The notes below the pieces were generated by a model. That model was given only the letters and a program-made list of their open reading frames with translations, ran no database searches and was not told where the DNA came from. A stretch of 64,000 nt of DNA, taken from the NCBI RefSeq assembly GCF_001194135.2, contig NC_068997.1, positions 2,479,493 to 2,543,492 of the forward strand, written 5' to 3'. The position numbers were made by a program, and so were the translations under genes. Positions 1 through 12,810 of the stretch are shown here, piece by piece. The DNA comes from Octopus bimaculoides. Its lineage: Eukaryota. The stretch's first letter is position 1. Every line of letters starts with the position of its first letter.

Positions 1-24
1 ATACATATGTGTGTGTGTGTGTGT

Positions 25-400
25 ATCATCATCATCGTTTAGCGTCCGCTTTCCATGCTAGCATGGGTTGGACGATTTGACTGAGGACTGGCAAGCCAGA
101 AGGCTGCACCAGGCTCCAATCTGATTTGGCAGAGTTTCTACAGCCGGATGCCCTTCCTAACGCCAACCACTCCGAGAGTGTAGTGGGTGCTTTTACGTGC
201 CACCGGCACGAGGGCCAGTCACACAGTACTGGCAACGGCTATGCTCAAAAGGTGTTTTTTACGTGCCACTTGCATGGGAGCCAGTCCAGCGGCACTGGCA
301 ATGACCTCACTCAAATGATTTTCTAATGTGCCACCAGCACATGTGCTAGAAGGCAACGCAGGTAACGATTACACTCTAATAGTGCTATTTACGGGCCATA
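25..400 (-). mobile_element. Non-autonomous RTE-tail-derived retroelement (3' end ...CCAACCCATGCTAGCATGGAAAGCGGACG-(GAT)n) with internal ~60-bp sub-repeats
   Basis: Reverse complement ends in (GAT)n. The same 3' block recurs at 21076-21294 (-), 54009-54242 (+), 57560-57675 (+) and 63790-63840 (+), and resembles the 3' UTR that follows the RTE C-terminal coding remnant at 17516-17990. A TTTTACGTGCCAC-type motif is repeated three times (191-345). Confidence 0.7.
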
Positions 401-1314
401 TATTCCTTATTTTTTCTTTTACTTGTTTCAGTCATTTGACTGTGGTCATGCTGGAGCACCACTTTTAGTCGAACAAGTCAACCCAAGGACTAGCTTTAGC
501 CTTGAGTGTGTTTGGTAGATGGAAACTTAAAGAAGCCTGTTGTGTGCGTGCTTGTGTGTATCCCACCACTACTTGACAACCAGTGTTGGTGTATTTACAT
601 GCCCATAACTTAGTGGTTCAGCAAATGAGATCGTATGAATTGCTAGAAACAGCAAACAAACCTCCCTCAAATTGTACCTACCACCTTGCAAAGAGTCACA
701 TTCGATAATGTGTACTTGGATTCCTTACACATGGAAAAATGTTGTGATACTCATGGTTCTAATGTACAGCTTCGATGGTTGCTCAATTTGTTAGAAATAA
801 CAGCCAAATCTCTCTCAATCATACCATCTTATAAAGGGAAACAGACATTCAGTCATGTAGGCCTTTTAGTACTCTTAGACAGGATGGTCATGGTTGGAAT
901 GTTTTCTATCAAAGTCTGTTTGATCAGGACCGACCTAGAACAGCAACAGCATCAATTAATCTCTAACTGGTGTTCTTTTAGTTACACTAAAGGCTCAGAG
1001 AGTAAAACACCATTCTGGTCGGGGTGCAAAGGGCTTATGTAGAGAAAGTTCTTATTTTGATTTTCCGCTTCTGCAAGGATATGAAATGTCCAATGCTGAA
1101 ATTCCACAAACTGAGAAATGCTATCTCAGAGCATCGATAGCCTGTATTAACTATCCCAGTCTCCATGTCACCACTATTCCACATTAAAGAGTACCAACAG
1201 CTTCTGTTTACTATCCCAGGTTCCTTGCTAGCATTACTCTACAACTATTAACTCACTCCCTCACACTTCTACTCCACACCAGAAAGTAGACAAGAAGACA
1301 CAAACACATCAAAA

Positions 1315-1551
1315 AGGCGGTGAGCTGGCAGAAACGTTAGCACACCGGGCGAAATGGTTAGTGGCATTTCGTCAGCCGCTACGTTCTGAGTTCAAATTCT
1401 GCCAAGGTCGACTTTGCCTTTCATCCTTTCGGTGTCGATTAAATAAGTACCAGTTACGCACTGGGGTCGATATAATCGACTTCATTCGTTTGTCTGTCCT
1501 TGTTTGTCCCCTCTGTGCGTAGCCCCTTGTGGGTAGTAAAGGAATAAGAAA
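1315..1551 (+). mobile_element. tRNA-derived SINE, family A (Meta-domain-like core)
   Basis: Head AGGCGGTGAGCTGGCAGAA with A/B-box-like motifs (GAGTTCAAATTC) and core GCCTTTCATCCTTTCGGTGTCGATTAAATAAGTACCAG. Many further copies in the window. The Meta-domain assignment is from memory of the MetaSINE consensus. Confidence 0.85.
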
Positions 1552-1568
1552 GTATGAAATATTTACAG

Positions 1569-1720
1569 CCTACCCCTCACCTCTCCACCCTATCACAGAG
1601 TACCAACTCTATTTACTCCCTACCTCTCACCTCTCCTCTCTAACACAGAGTACCAACTGTATTTACTCCCTTGCTCATACCTCTACTCCTTATCAAAGAG
1701 TACCAACTCTACTAACTCCC
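1569..1720. repeat. 50-bp minisatellite, 3 units, plus a displaced unit near 1187
   Basis: AGAGTACCAAC at 1597, 1647 and 1697 (exact 50-bp period); a fourth copy at ~1187, on the far side of the SINE. Confidence 0.85.
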
Positions 1721-2077
1721 TCCCCCTCCCCACTACTCCACATCACAACGCTATCAAATAACATTTAAATATTTCTCTGCACCATTCCACATGAATTCCT
1801 GCAGACACCAACATAGTTTTTTTCATTTATTTGATACATTAATTAGAAATATTTCATGGTTTATCAAAGAAAGTTACATTTAATCAACTGATGCTACATG
1901 TCAGTACATATACATATGTATATATGTGTTTGTGTGCATGCATATGTATGTATGCATCTCTCTATGTGTATGTGTGCGTATGTATGTATCATTGCATGCT
2001 TAAATGTCTGAATAAGGATGGATATTTGAAAATGTGTGTGTATATACATGCATGTGTATGTATACATTTCATCCTAC

Positions 2078-2136
<59 letters not shown>

Positions 2137-2396
2137 CATACATATAAATATATGTATGTATATGTATACACACACACATATATATACATATATACATGCA
2201 TATAAACATACATGCATACATATACATACATATAAATATATATATGTATGTGTGTGTGTGTGTGTGTACATGTGTACTTGTTATATATCTGCATATGGGT
2301 GAATGTGTGTATGAGTGTAAGCATGTGAGCATATAGGCGTGTGCGTGTGCATGCCTGCATACGTATTGTACAGCATATGTGTACATACATACATAC

Positions 2397-2428
<32 letters not shown>

Positions 2429-2813
2429 GTGTGTATGACTACGTTAGCATTTCTATCAGTGTGTGTATGTGTTGTCAGAGACGGACACATACACACAGAC
2501 AGACGCATACACACACACAAATAGTCATCGCTACTTATCAATATCAACAGGATGAATAATTCTAGTCTCACCTCCATTGATTTAACCCTTCCACCCATCA
2601 CCATCACAGCTACATAACGACAGATTAATTACAACACACACCACACCCCCTTACACACCCTCTACCCTCCCCATTTCACCCTCCCCATTTCACCCTCCAC
2701 CACACACACACACACACCGTCTATGCCATACCACACACACCAGATGTCAGGTCAGTCACCTATTTTTTTTTGTTTTCATTACGTTATCAACTTTATTATT
2801 ATAATTACTCAGT

Positions 2814-3469
2814 AAGGCAGCGAGCTGGCAGAGTCGTTAGAGTGCTGGACCAAATGCTTAGTGGTATTTCGCCCTTTGCTATGTGCTGAGTTCAAATTCT
2901 GCCAAGGTCGACTTTGCCTTACATCCTTTCGGAGTTGATAAATTAAGTACCAGTGAAATACTGGGGTCAATATAATTGACCAGTTCCCACCTCACAAATT
3001 TAAGGCCTTGTGCCTCCAGTAGAAAGGATTATTATTCAGAGAAACACTGGGGTCAATGTAATCGACTAGTCTCCTCCCACATATTTCAGGCCTTGTACTT
3101 ATAGAAAAAGGATTATCATTATTATTATTATTATTAGGGCAGCAAGTTGGCAGAATTCTTAGCATGCCAGGCAAAATGCTTAATGGTAATGTCCATCTTT
3201 ACATTTTGGGTTCAAATTCCACTGCCGTCAACTTTGCCTTTCATAATTTTGGTGTCGATAAATTAAGTACCAGTCAAATACTGGTGTCGATGTAATTGAC
3301 TAGTCCCCTCCCCACAAATTTCTGGCCTTGTGCCTGTAGTAGAAAGGATTATTATTATTATCATTATTATAATTTTCGTTGTTGTTGTTATTATTATTAT
3401 TTCTATTATTATTATTTCTATTATTATTATTATCATTATTATTATTTCTATTATCATTATTATTATTTC

Positions 3470-3506
<37 letters not shown>

Positions 3507-3535
3507 TCTATTATTATTATTATTATTATTATTTC

Positions 3536-3566
<31 letters not shown>

Positions 3567-3790
3567 TCTACCAAGGCAGTGAGCTGGCAGAATCATTAGC
3601 ATGCTGAATGAAATGTTTAATGGTATTTCACTTGTTGCTATGTTCTGAGTTCAAATTCCATTGAGGTCAACTTTGCCTTTCATCCTTTCAGGGTCGATAA
3701 AAGACGTATCAGCCGAGTGCCGGGGTCAATATAATCGATTTATCCTTTATCCGAAGTTATTGGACTTGTGTCAAAATTTGAAATCAATAA
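2814..3790 (+). mobile_element. Head-to-tail array of family A SINEs with (ATT)n tails
   Basis: Heads at ~2814, ~3136 and ~3573, plus a 3'-half copy at ~3040; core TAAGTACCAG/CTGGGGTC repeated; ATT tails between the units. Confidence 0.85.
3350..3570. repeat. (ATT)n microsatellite with periodic TCT interruptions (expanded SINE tail)
   Basis: Directly visible; follows GTAGAAAGG, the family A 3' end. Confidence 0.95.
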
Positions 3791-4439
3791 AAGAAGTATC
3801 AGTTGGGCACTGGGGTTGATTGTGTACTCTGGTAAGATTTGAACTCAGAAAGAAGAGAGCCAGAATGAATACAAAAATATAATCTTCCTAATGCACTAAT
3901 GACTTTGTTTTACATACTTGCACCCACCTCTGGTCAAGAATCACAATAAACTATAGAAGTAGGCATCAAATTCCATTATCTTTAGCTCATTATTCCTTGA
4001 GAATGGAGTGACAAAATATTTTTGGAAAACAGCAAAGATGTGCTTAACAGGATAGCATATGTCCACTGTGATCCATTCAAAGACTGAAGTCTGACTGTAT
4101 TTCTTCACTGTGGTCCACAATCTCACTTTGTCATCACACAGTGGTCTGTCAAAGACTGAAGCCTCATTCAGTTGCCTCACTGTGGCCTGGCCATCCAGGC
4201 CCATTCAATGGCTTTCATAGCTTTCTGATAGAGCATATGTATCTTGAGCATACTTAGAGACAACATATACTTGGGTCTTGCATCAAAGAAATTACCAAGA
4301 TCAATCTTGCGGCTAACACATCATTAGCTGTGCCTCCTCTGTGTATATCTTTTAAGTAACTAATTCCTGCATTGCTTCTGCAGTTATTTCTTTGATGAAA
4401 CTAATGTATGCTGTACTGAGTTTACAGCAGAGTATACAG

Positions 4440-4788
4440 GGGTGGGGGGGAGAAGGTGGAGAGAGAGACTAAAGAAAGAAAGAAAGAAAAATAGAGATGA
4501 TGGAGAAAAGAGAGAGAAAGGGAGAAGGCAGGAAAGAGAGGGTGAGAGAAAAAGTGGGAGAAGAGAGAAGGAAAAAGTTACACAGAGACAGATACACAAA
4601 CAAGGAGAGAAAGAGGGGAAGGGGGAAGAGACAGAGACGATAGAAGGGGAGAGAGAGAGAGAGAGAGAGAGAAAAGAGAATAGGAAAGAGAAAGAGGGAG
4701 AAAAGTGAATAGGAAAGAGAGAGAGAGGGAGATATAGGTTGTGGGAGAGAAAGAGACAAAGAAGAGAAAGAAGGAAAGATTTACAAAT

Positions 4789-4859
<71 letters not shown>

Positions 4860-4860
4860 A
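4440..4860. repeat. Polypurine (GA-rich) low-complexity tract
   Basis: (GA)n/(GACA)n runs; the ORFs called here are low-complexity artefacts. Confidence 0.9.
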
Positions 4861-7800
4861 AAATACAGGAGTCCATGGTTTGTGATCATAGTTCTGTTAA
4901 ATTAGTGTTGACCTGGGAACTAATCAACACCAAGACTAGAAACAACACCACTGTCCACCACCTTCCTGTCCACTACTAAAACTACTATGACCACCACCAC
5001 TACCACAACCACCACCACCACCAACAACAACATCTACAGTTGCACTACAACCAAAATAAAAATAAAAGAAATAGAAATATTTGACAATTCTACAGAAATA
5101 ATCAACGCAGTTAAATGATGTTATTGTAAACTAACACATTTATATTGATAATTAAATATACTAATTAATCATACTAATTAATATCTAGTTCACATAATTA
5201 ATTACTCTAATTAACAATTAGTGTTAGCAATTGATACTCAGTATCCCTTTTACTTAATGATGTTAATTGATACTTAATTATAATAATTGCTTAATATGTC
5301 TTTCTACTATGAGCACAAGGCCAGAAATTTTGTGGAAGGTGGGTGGTCAATGGCACTGTGACACCTTAGATAATGTAGTCCCATATACAACATCTGCATG
5401 AAAAACATGAAACAACTTTGATCAGCCTTGATCTGCTGGATCAGTGCTGGCCAATGGCTAAACCACAGGTAATATACAACAGTAATTATTCTCGAACAGC
5501 AGTTGCTAACCTATCTCCTCCTCTACCAATTCTGGCATAATAATCCCTCCTACTATAGGCACAAGGCCTGAAATTTGGGGGAAGAGAGCTAGTCACTTAT
5601 AAGAATGTCGGTATTCAGCTGGTACTTGTGTCATCAATCCTGAGAGGATGAAAGATAAAGTCAGCCTCAGCAGAATTTGAATTTAGAAGGTCAAGACGGA
5701 CGAAATGCTGCTAAGCATGTTGTCCACTATGCTTCCTCAAGTGTACAATTACCTCCTCAGTGGGAAAGCAAACCCCAGTTTCCCATTTGACAGGAGGGGT
5801 ACTTTCCGCTATGCTACAAAGGATGGGCTTAATGCTGGTATAACAATATCAACATCAAACACTGTGGAACAGCAGCTACAACCCTTCTTCCACCAATCCT
5901 AGTATCCAATAGCAACAACAACAATCGTCTAAAAACAAAAGGTTCAGTTACACCAGAATTGTAAGTCCCTGCCCAAACAAAACAAGCTATAACTAGCTGC
6001 ACCTTCTGTTCCATCTTTCCCAAGGGTTATCGACAGCAAGAAAGCACACACAGTGCATTCAACTAATCACTCCATCCACATGAACTGTTACCTCATCTGA
6101 CCAAATTATGCAATCATTAAGATACAGAGCATCATAGAACACCAATATTTTTCATCATAGAATTTCCCTCAGCAAACAAAATTGTCTTCATTTCATGGTT
6201 TTAAGAGTCTAAGAACAAACAGCATATATTTCAACCATTCAGAACCAATCACAATGATGTTTTGTCACTATTCAGTTAAGATGAACCAAACCTTAAGACA
6301 AAAGTTTGATGTTAGGAAGGACACATTATACAGTGTAGTCCTAGGTGCACCATGTCTGAATAGATGATAGGAGAGTCATGTCTAGAGCATCTTTCATCAT
6401 AAGTTTAGAGCTAAGCAACAACATAAGGAAAGACATGCTAGATAGTATAGACCTAAGTACACTCTGTCTGAATAGATGATAGAATCTTCAAACAGACTTG
6501 TCTTCCATGGTTTTTAAGAATCAAGTATTAAACGAGATGTGTATTTCAACAGTCCAGCATCATTGAGAACGATGCTTTGTTTATATTCAATTAAGATGAC
6601 ACCCACACCTAAAACTGTTGTCTGATTACGTTGACTGTTTAGCTGAATATTCTCTTCTGCCCAGACAGAAATTGGCCAATCAGAACAACAAGAGGCATCA
6701 GTTACTGAAATTTTACTCTCTCACTTTTTAAGCAACTCTTCAGCCATTCTCTTTGATTCATGGATCACATGTGAATTCCTTCCTTCTTTGTCATTAAATT
6801 GAAGTTGTGGTATGGGAGTTCTTCAATGATATACCCATTATCCTCATTTTATATCCACTTTTTCATGTTGGCCTGGGTTGGACAGGCTGTCATAGTTGGA
6901 GTCAGTTTTTCTTTGGAGTCACAATCCTTCGAGATGAGTCAGGCACTATGTCTTGTTCACATTTTCCAATTTTGTCATGATTTCTATAACTGGATGCCTT
7001 TCCTAACATCAGCTATTTCAGAGTGTATTGTGTACTATTTTTTTATCATGACACCAGCCCTAGAGAGGTTGTGATGTTGTTGACAAAACTAAAGAATTCT
7101 CTCGTGCGATTCTGCTCGTTAAGGTAAGGTAACTGATGAGGATGAATAGAAGAGAAAGTAATGAGAAAGAAGAGACCAGGATGAAGCCTGATAGAAGGGA
7201 AATAATAAAGAGGAAACAGTGAGAGAGGGGAGTGATAGGGTGATTAGGAGGTAGTAATGGAAGAGAGACAGTGAAGGGTAGTAACATGTTGGTTGTTGAT
7301 GAGAAAAGTGAACAGAAAAAAACAATAACATAGGATAGAAGAAGGAAAGTTGGAAGATAAAGTGACGAAAGAAGGAGTAATAGAATTGAAAAAGATGGGA
7401 AGAGGGAACAATGCCTCCCAACAATGAGAAGTAGAGGGAGTCTTGTGAAAGTGACAATAATAATACAGATGAGGAATGGTAAGAGTGAGTGTGATGGATG
7501 TCAACAAGTGATGAGAGAGAGAGAGAGTGAAAAGAGAGAAAGAGAGTGAGTAGAAAGAGAGAGAGAGAGAGATGGGTAGCAATAAGGAGTTTACCTTGAG
7601 GCCGCTCTTTTCTGGGTCACAGTTCCAAATATGCACTTTTCTACAGATTCAGGTATATCCCTATTATCACCAAACTTTGTTTATGAGTAACCCATGTGTG
7701 AAACCTTGGGTGAGCGTATTCTACTATGGTTCCATTGTCACCAAACTTGGCTTATCATAAATAATGACCCAATGTGTGATACCTTGAGGAAAGTGTCTTC

Positions 7801-8123
7801 TACTATAGCCCCAGACCCACTGCGTGGCACCTTGGGTGTGAGTCTTTTATTCTACAAAAGCTTCATTCTCACCAAACTTGGTCAATAAATAACAAGCTAG
7901 TCCAATATATAGGACTCTCATTACCTCACATAATTCTTTTATTAGGTGTGTGACCCAGTGGTTAGGGTTTTGAACCAACAATTATGAGTTGGTGGGTTCA
8001 ATATCTGGACGAGCAAGGTACTTTATTTCCCATTACTTCAAGTTACTCAGCTGTAATGAGTACCATCTAGGTTCTGGTGCTGGTCTCCCCTTTTCTATCC
8101 ATCACATCTTGGATGTTATATGG

Positions 8124-8381
8124 CAGTGGTTCTCAACTAGGGTCTATATGGCCCTTGGGGGATCCACAAACAATTTTGCTGCTTAAATTTATGTGCAATA
8201 AACTGACTATTCTTCAACAATACACAAAATGTTTTAACAATTTTTTATGCAATTCCTATTAATATTTAATTATAAAAATTTTACAGCATTTTTTTTTAAA
8301 CATCAAATGGCTGTGAAAGTTCATTAGGGTAAAATAAGGATCAAAAGGAGTCCATTAGCAAAAAGGGGCTGAGAAACACTG
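8124..8381. mobile_element. hAT (Charlie-like) MITE, 258 bp
   Basis: TIRs CAGTGGTTCTCAAC / GCTGAGAAACACTG; flanking 8-mers TTATATGG and TTCTACAG match at 5/8 (decayed TSD). A second, SINE-interrupted copy lies at ~50567-51170. Confidence 0.75.
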
Positions 8382-8521
8382 TTCTACAGGATTCATGTAG
8401 CGGAGACAACTGACAGGATATTTTCCTCTGCCCATGACTATGCAGGCACTGAAAACAATTAGAGAAAGTGGGGTACAAGGCTGCAAGTTATACTCACTTG
8501 GGAGTGATGGCTATGGTAATT

Positions 8522-8902
8522 GTTGGCACTCCGTCGCGTATGACGTCGAGGGTTCCAGTTGATCCGATCAACGGAACAGCCTGCTTGGGAAATTAACGTG
8601 CAAGTGGTTGAGCACTCCACAGACACGTGTACCCTTAACGTAGTTCTCGGGGATATTCAGCGTGACACAGTGTGACAAAGCTGACCCTTTGAATTACAGG
8701 CACAAGAGAAACAGGAAGTAAGAGGGAGAGAAAGTTGTGGTGGAAGAGTACAGCAGGGTTCGCCACCATCCCCTGCCGGAGCCTCGTGGAGCTTTAGGTG
8801 TTTTCACTCAATAAACACGCACAACACCCGGTCTGGGAATTGAAACCGCGATCCTATGACCGCGAGTCCGCTGCCCTAACCACTGGGCCATTGTGCCTCC
8901 AC
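8522..8902 (-). mobile_element. Full-length young tRNA-head SINE, family C, with 15-bp TSD
   Basis: Perfect TSD ATGGCTATGGTAATT at 8507-8521 and 8903-8917; A box TGGCCCAGTGG and B box GGTTTCAATTCC on the minus strand; CpGs retained. Confidence 0.92.
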
Positions 8903-9272
8903 ATGGCTATGGTAATTAACATAACGCTATAAAACAATTATTTAGAAGAAACAATATTACAGGGGAGAAGTAGGGGAGGAATATGAAGATATATAGAGAA
9001 GAAAACAGTGAAAAAGATGGTGAGGAAATGTCAGAATAATAAGGAATTGCAGAGAATGTAGGGTGAAAAGCAGCAGCCTGCCAGGATGATGTTGCCAAGG
9101 ACATTATCATGTGACCAAAACTAACCAATGGAAACTAAAAAGAATGCCACATGCCTCACCCGCTGTACTTTTATTCCACGAACCCTCAATTAGGTTGTAT
9201 GTTTCATAGTTTTGCTGCCTGAAGATCACACAAGAAGAGAAAATGGGTTGTAATGAAGTGCATCATCAGCAT

Positions 9273-9313
<41 letters not shown>

Positions 9314-9453
9314 TGTGAGAGAAAAAGCAAGAGAGAAGGGAAAGGAAGAAATGAAATCAGATTAACCGATCAGAGAAATCCACAATTAAAACAGAAACTG
9401 TTTTATGCACACACACACAGACACATGAGTGTCTGTGTGTGTGTGCATGATGT

Positions 9454-9494
<41 letters not shown>

Positions 9495-10178
9495 NNNNNN
9501 NNNNNNNNNNNNNNNNNNNNNNNNNNNNNNNNNNNNNNNNNNNNNNNNNNNNNNNNNNNNNNNNNNNNNNNNNNNNNNNNNNNNNNNNNNNNNNNNNNNN
9601 NNNNNNNNNNNNNNNNNNNNNNNNNNNNNNNNNNNNNNNNNNNNNNNNNNNNNNNNNNNNNNNNNNNNNNNNNNNNNNNNNNNNNNNNNNNNNNNNNNNN
9701 NNNNNNNNNNNNNNNNNNNNNNNNNNNNNNNNNNNNNNNNNNNNNNNNNNNNNNNNNNNNNNNNNNNNNNNNNNNNNNNNNNNNNNNNNNNNNNNNNNNN
9801 NNNNNNNNNNNNNNNNNNNNNNNNNNNNNNNNNNNNNNNNNNNNNNNNNNNNNNNNNNNNNNNNNNNNNNNNNNNNNNNNNNNNNNNNNNNNNNNNNNNN
9901 NNNNNNNNNNNNNNNNNNNNNNNNNNNNNNNNNNNNNNNNNNNNNNNNNNNNNNNNNNNNNNNNNNNNNNNNNNNNNNNNNNNNNNNNNNNNNNNNNNNN
10001 NNNNNNNNNNNNNNNNNNNNNNNNNNNNNNNNNNNNNNNNNNNNNNNNNNNNNNNNNNNNNNNNNNNNNNNNNNNNNNNNNNNNNNNNNNNNNNNNNNNN
10101 NNNNNNNNNNNNNNNNNNNNNNNNNNNNNNNNNNNNNNNNNNNNNNNNNNNNNNNNNNNNNNNNNNNNNNNNNNNNNN
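9495..10178. other. Assembly gap (N run) between (TG)n and (TA)n
   Basis: N characters. Smaller gaps at 15871, 26052, 27303, 29860, 40976, 53145, 58487 and 60343. Confidence 1.
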
Positions 10179-10239
<61 letters not shown>

Positions 10240-10854
10240 GTATATATACATACAAATATACCTACACTTGTTTCTTTTGTTGTTATCTATTGTTGTTACT
10301 GCAGATGGTGTTGTTGTTGTTGTTATTGTTACTCATAGATGAAGATCTGAAGATTTTCATTTCTGTTCCAGTTTCCATTAAAACCTTACAAAAGAGGAGT
10401 AGGAGGAGATGGAGGAAAGACCGGAACGTTTAGTCTCAAGAGACTCATTACTGCCGCCACAACCACCACCACCACCACTACAACTACTACTACTACCACC
10501 ACCATTACTGTTACTACTACTAACATCACCACTAGAGCTATGATCACCACCACCACCACCACTACCGCTACCACTGCAATAGCTACAATTGCCACTGCAA
10601 CCACCATCACTACTGTTACTATCCCTTCCACCACCTACATCAATATCATTACTATTATAGCTACAATCACACACCACTACCACCGTCACCTCTACCGGAA
10701 CTGCAACTACCAGCACTACACTGTCTACTGAAGTTGGTAATATTTTCTCAAACTAATAGGGGTGCCTCCACATGGTTGCTGTCCTGCTAGAAATAACAGT
10801 TAAATTTCTTTCAAATCACACATACACATTACAGTAGTATAAAAGAAAAAAGCC

Positions 10855-11175
10855 ACATTAGATAAGGTAGTCCTAGATACACAATGTCTGAATGACAGAC
10901 AGCTTTTGATCATCGGCCTGTGTGTAGGATCATGACAGATCTGGGGCCAGACTACAAAGAAGCACAGACACATTAGATAACGTAGTCCGAGATACACTAG
11001 TCCGATGAAAGACAGAAAAGTCACAGTGGAAATATCTTTGATCATCGGTCTGTTGGATTAGGATTGATCTGGGGCTAAACTACAAAGAAGGAAGGATACA
11101 TTAGACAATGTAGTCTTAGATACACTATGTCTGAATGAAAGATAATAATACAAACACCTTTGATTATAGATTTAA
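10855..11175 (+). repeat. Tandem triplication of a ~120-bp segment of an interspersed repeat
   Basis: CACATTAGA..GTAGTC.AGATACAC...TTTGATCATCGG...GATCTGGGGC..ACTACAAAGAAG at ~10855 and ~10970; partial third unit at ~11097. Confidence 0.8.
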
Positions 11176-12222
11176 TTATCAGACCATCAATATTTTCACC
11201 TCTTAGCTTTCAGATTACTGTTAAATGTGATGCGTATTTATTCACACTATTTGAATTAATCACGCATTACCTCATAGCTTTGAGATTTTGGTGGTGTTAC
11301 TGTTTTATTTTTAGAATGACATTATAAGACAGGTGTGAGAAATCATATTGAATATAAGATAGATAGGATATTTAGTTTTCTTTCTTCTCGAGTTATACCA
11401 ACTCATAAGGGCTGGTTTCCCAGCTTCCATGGCATATAAATTCTCCACCTGGACTGGATGCCAGTCTGTCACAGGGTCACTCATTTTTGCCAGCTGAGTG
11501 GACTGGAGCAACGTCAAATGAAGTGTTTTGCTCAAGAACTCAACACAACTCTCAGTCCAGGAATTGAAACCATAATCTTACAATCATGAGTTCGACACCC
11601 TAAACACTAAGTCTTGAACCGCCACAAGTTTCCCTACTCGAGTCACACAATGTGTTGCCCTGTCTAGGAATTGAAAACACAATCTCATGACCATGAGTCC
11701 AACACTCTAACCACCAAGTCATTTGCCTCCAATCAATGTAGAATATTTGGGCCACATATGGCTGGTTTGAACACTAAAGGGTCAATGTTACTGACAATGC
11801 AGCTATTTGCTGCATCACAGAAACAGTGGTTGTTTAGAAAAGTAGAATGCAACATCACACAACAGTTGTAATTGAGTGTCACCCTTATAAAGAAGGTGTC
11901 ATTCATTTCCTATTTTGTGTATAAAACATACTTGGTTGTGGAGAAATATTACCTTGCTTGCAAACATGCGAGCGTTGGCAACAGGAAAGAGATCCGACTG
12001 TAGGAAATCTGCTGCCATAAATTCCATCTGATCTATGGGAGCACGGAAAAGTGGATTTTTAAACAAGGACAATCATGATGATAATGTGCATGTGTGTGTC
12101 CTTGTCTTGATGTCCCCTAACAGTTGTGAATGAGTGCCACTATCCTACAAATGGTGTCATTCCTTTCCAATATTCTATGTAAACATGAAGGGGGAAAGCT
12201 GGCAGAAATATTGGTATAACTG

Positions 12223-12810
12223 AAGGTGACAAGCTGGCAGAAACGTTAGCAGACCAGGGCGAAATGCTTGGCAGTATTTCGTCTGCCGCTACGTTCTGAG
12301 TTCAAATGCCGCCGAGGTCGACTTTGCCTTTCGTCCTTTCAGGATAGATTAAATAAGTACCAGCTATGCACTGGGGTTCGATATCATCAACCTAAAATCC
12401 ATTTGTCTGTCCTTGTTTGTCCCCTCCGTGTGTAGCCCTTTATGGGCAATAAAGAAATAAGAAACATTAGCATATCTGGCAAAATGATTAGCAGCATTTC
12501 ACCCATCTTTACATTTTGAGTTCAAATTCTACCGGGGTCAATATTGCCTTTCATCTTTAGGGATTGATAAAATAAATACCAGTTCAGCACTGGGGTCAAT
12601 GTAATTGACTTACTGTTAACATGCCAGGCAAGGTGCTTAACAGTATTTCATCCATTTTTACATTCTGCGTTCGAATTTTGTCAAGGTTGATTTTGTCTTT
12701 CATTCTTTAGGGGGTCGATAAAATAAGTACCACTTGAACACTGGGGTCAATGTAAATGACTTACCCTGACCCCCAAACCTGCTGGCCTTGTGCCAAAATT
12801 TGAAGCCAAT
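12223..12810 (+). mobile_element. Head-to-tail array of three family A SINEs
   Basis: Three successive cores (TAAATAAGTACCAG / AAATACCAG / AATAAGTACCAC) at ~12350, ~12575 and ~12722. Confidence 0.85.

Noticed and set aside
686-1042. 118-aa ORF
   Set aside because: Built from two fragments of the CTAGAAATAGCAGCCAAATCTC repeat family; no recognisable domain.
1569-1720. Regularly spaced AGAGTACCAAC as a possible CRISPR-like array
   Set aside because: The spacers are homologous to each other and the context is eukaryotic: a minisatellite.
1891-2607. Overlapping ORFs rich in YI/HT/VC (also at 9.4, 13.7, 20.0, 35.3, 47.3 and 58.3 kb)
   Set aside because: Translations of (TA)n/(CA)n/(TG)n microsatellites, some spanning N gaps.
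3263-3607. Poly-I/N/Y/L ORFs (also 29575-29913 and 41725-42136)
   Set aside because: (ATT)n SINE or LINE tails.
3941-4380. 87-aa minus ORF in moderately GC-rich sequence
   Set aside because: No motif recognised and no clear splice sites; may be an old LINE fragment but cannot be assigned.
7085-7135. Possible very decayed hammerhead at the end of a CT-rich element (TTAACGAGC...GAGAGAATTCT); analogous GAGAGGATCC at ~45130 and ~61785
   Set aside because: Too many core mismatches and no stem I; cannot be supported without a family consensus.
8845-8902. tRNA-like sequence with A and B boxes
   Set aside because: SINE head: no complete acceptor stem, and continuous with a SINE body inside a TSD.
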